DNA of 64,000 nt from Hydrolagus colliei (lineage: Eukaryota): positions 105,524,001-105,588,000 of the forward strand of contig CM068743.1 of NCBI GenBank assembly GCA_035084275.1, written 5' to 3'. Shown here one piece after another: positions 63,911-64,000 of this stretch (position 1 is its first letter; each line of letters opens with the position of its first letter). Under the pieces are notes generated by a model. That model saw only the letters and a list, made by a program, of their open reading frames with translations. It was not told where the DNA came from and ran no database searches. A program made the position numbers and the translations under genes.

Positions 63911-64000
63911 ATTATGACCTTGACAAAACCAAAGTCTTTCAAAATGAGAGGCAGCCTTTGCCCATCATATGTCTCATTTTGGGCCTGGTTACAGCGATTC

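Noticed and set aside
1-64000. CRISPR arrays, prokaryotic operons or RT-based defence systems
   Set aside because: The sequence is a spliced vertebrate locus; recurring motifs are dispersed SINE/LINE tails rather than regularly spaced repeats, and all RTs are L2/CR1 type.

Overview
Vertebrate genomic DNA; the repeat content (L2 and CR1 LINEs, tRNA-headed Deu-type SINEs, Penelope-type termini) suggests a cartilaginous fish, which is an inference. The window holds the 3' end of ZFPM2 (FOG2) on the + strand. About 33.9 kb of a long intron precedes three coding exons (33899-34105, 36641-36865, 40874-43380) that splice in frame. They encode the end of the PR-like domain, all eight zinc fingers, an RKRRK NLS and a PMDLS CtBP motif. 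A ~1.05 kb 3' UTR and ~19.5 kb of intergenic DNA follow. Other long ORFs are LINE fragments or low-complexity artefacts. Notable observations: a 171-bp Penelope-type insertion with a 13-bp TSD and a degenerate minimal hammerhead ribozyme; two independent L2 tail insertions at the same nucleotide of a SINE A-box; a covarying 3' stem-loop shared by two L2 families and the SINE; a hAT MITE with an expanded C-rich minisatellite; and several repeat-free candidate regulatory blocks. Repeat boundaries are approximate unless a TSD or TIR is given. I see no firm evidence of a wholly new system.
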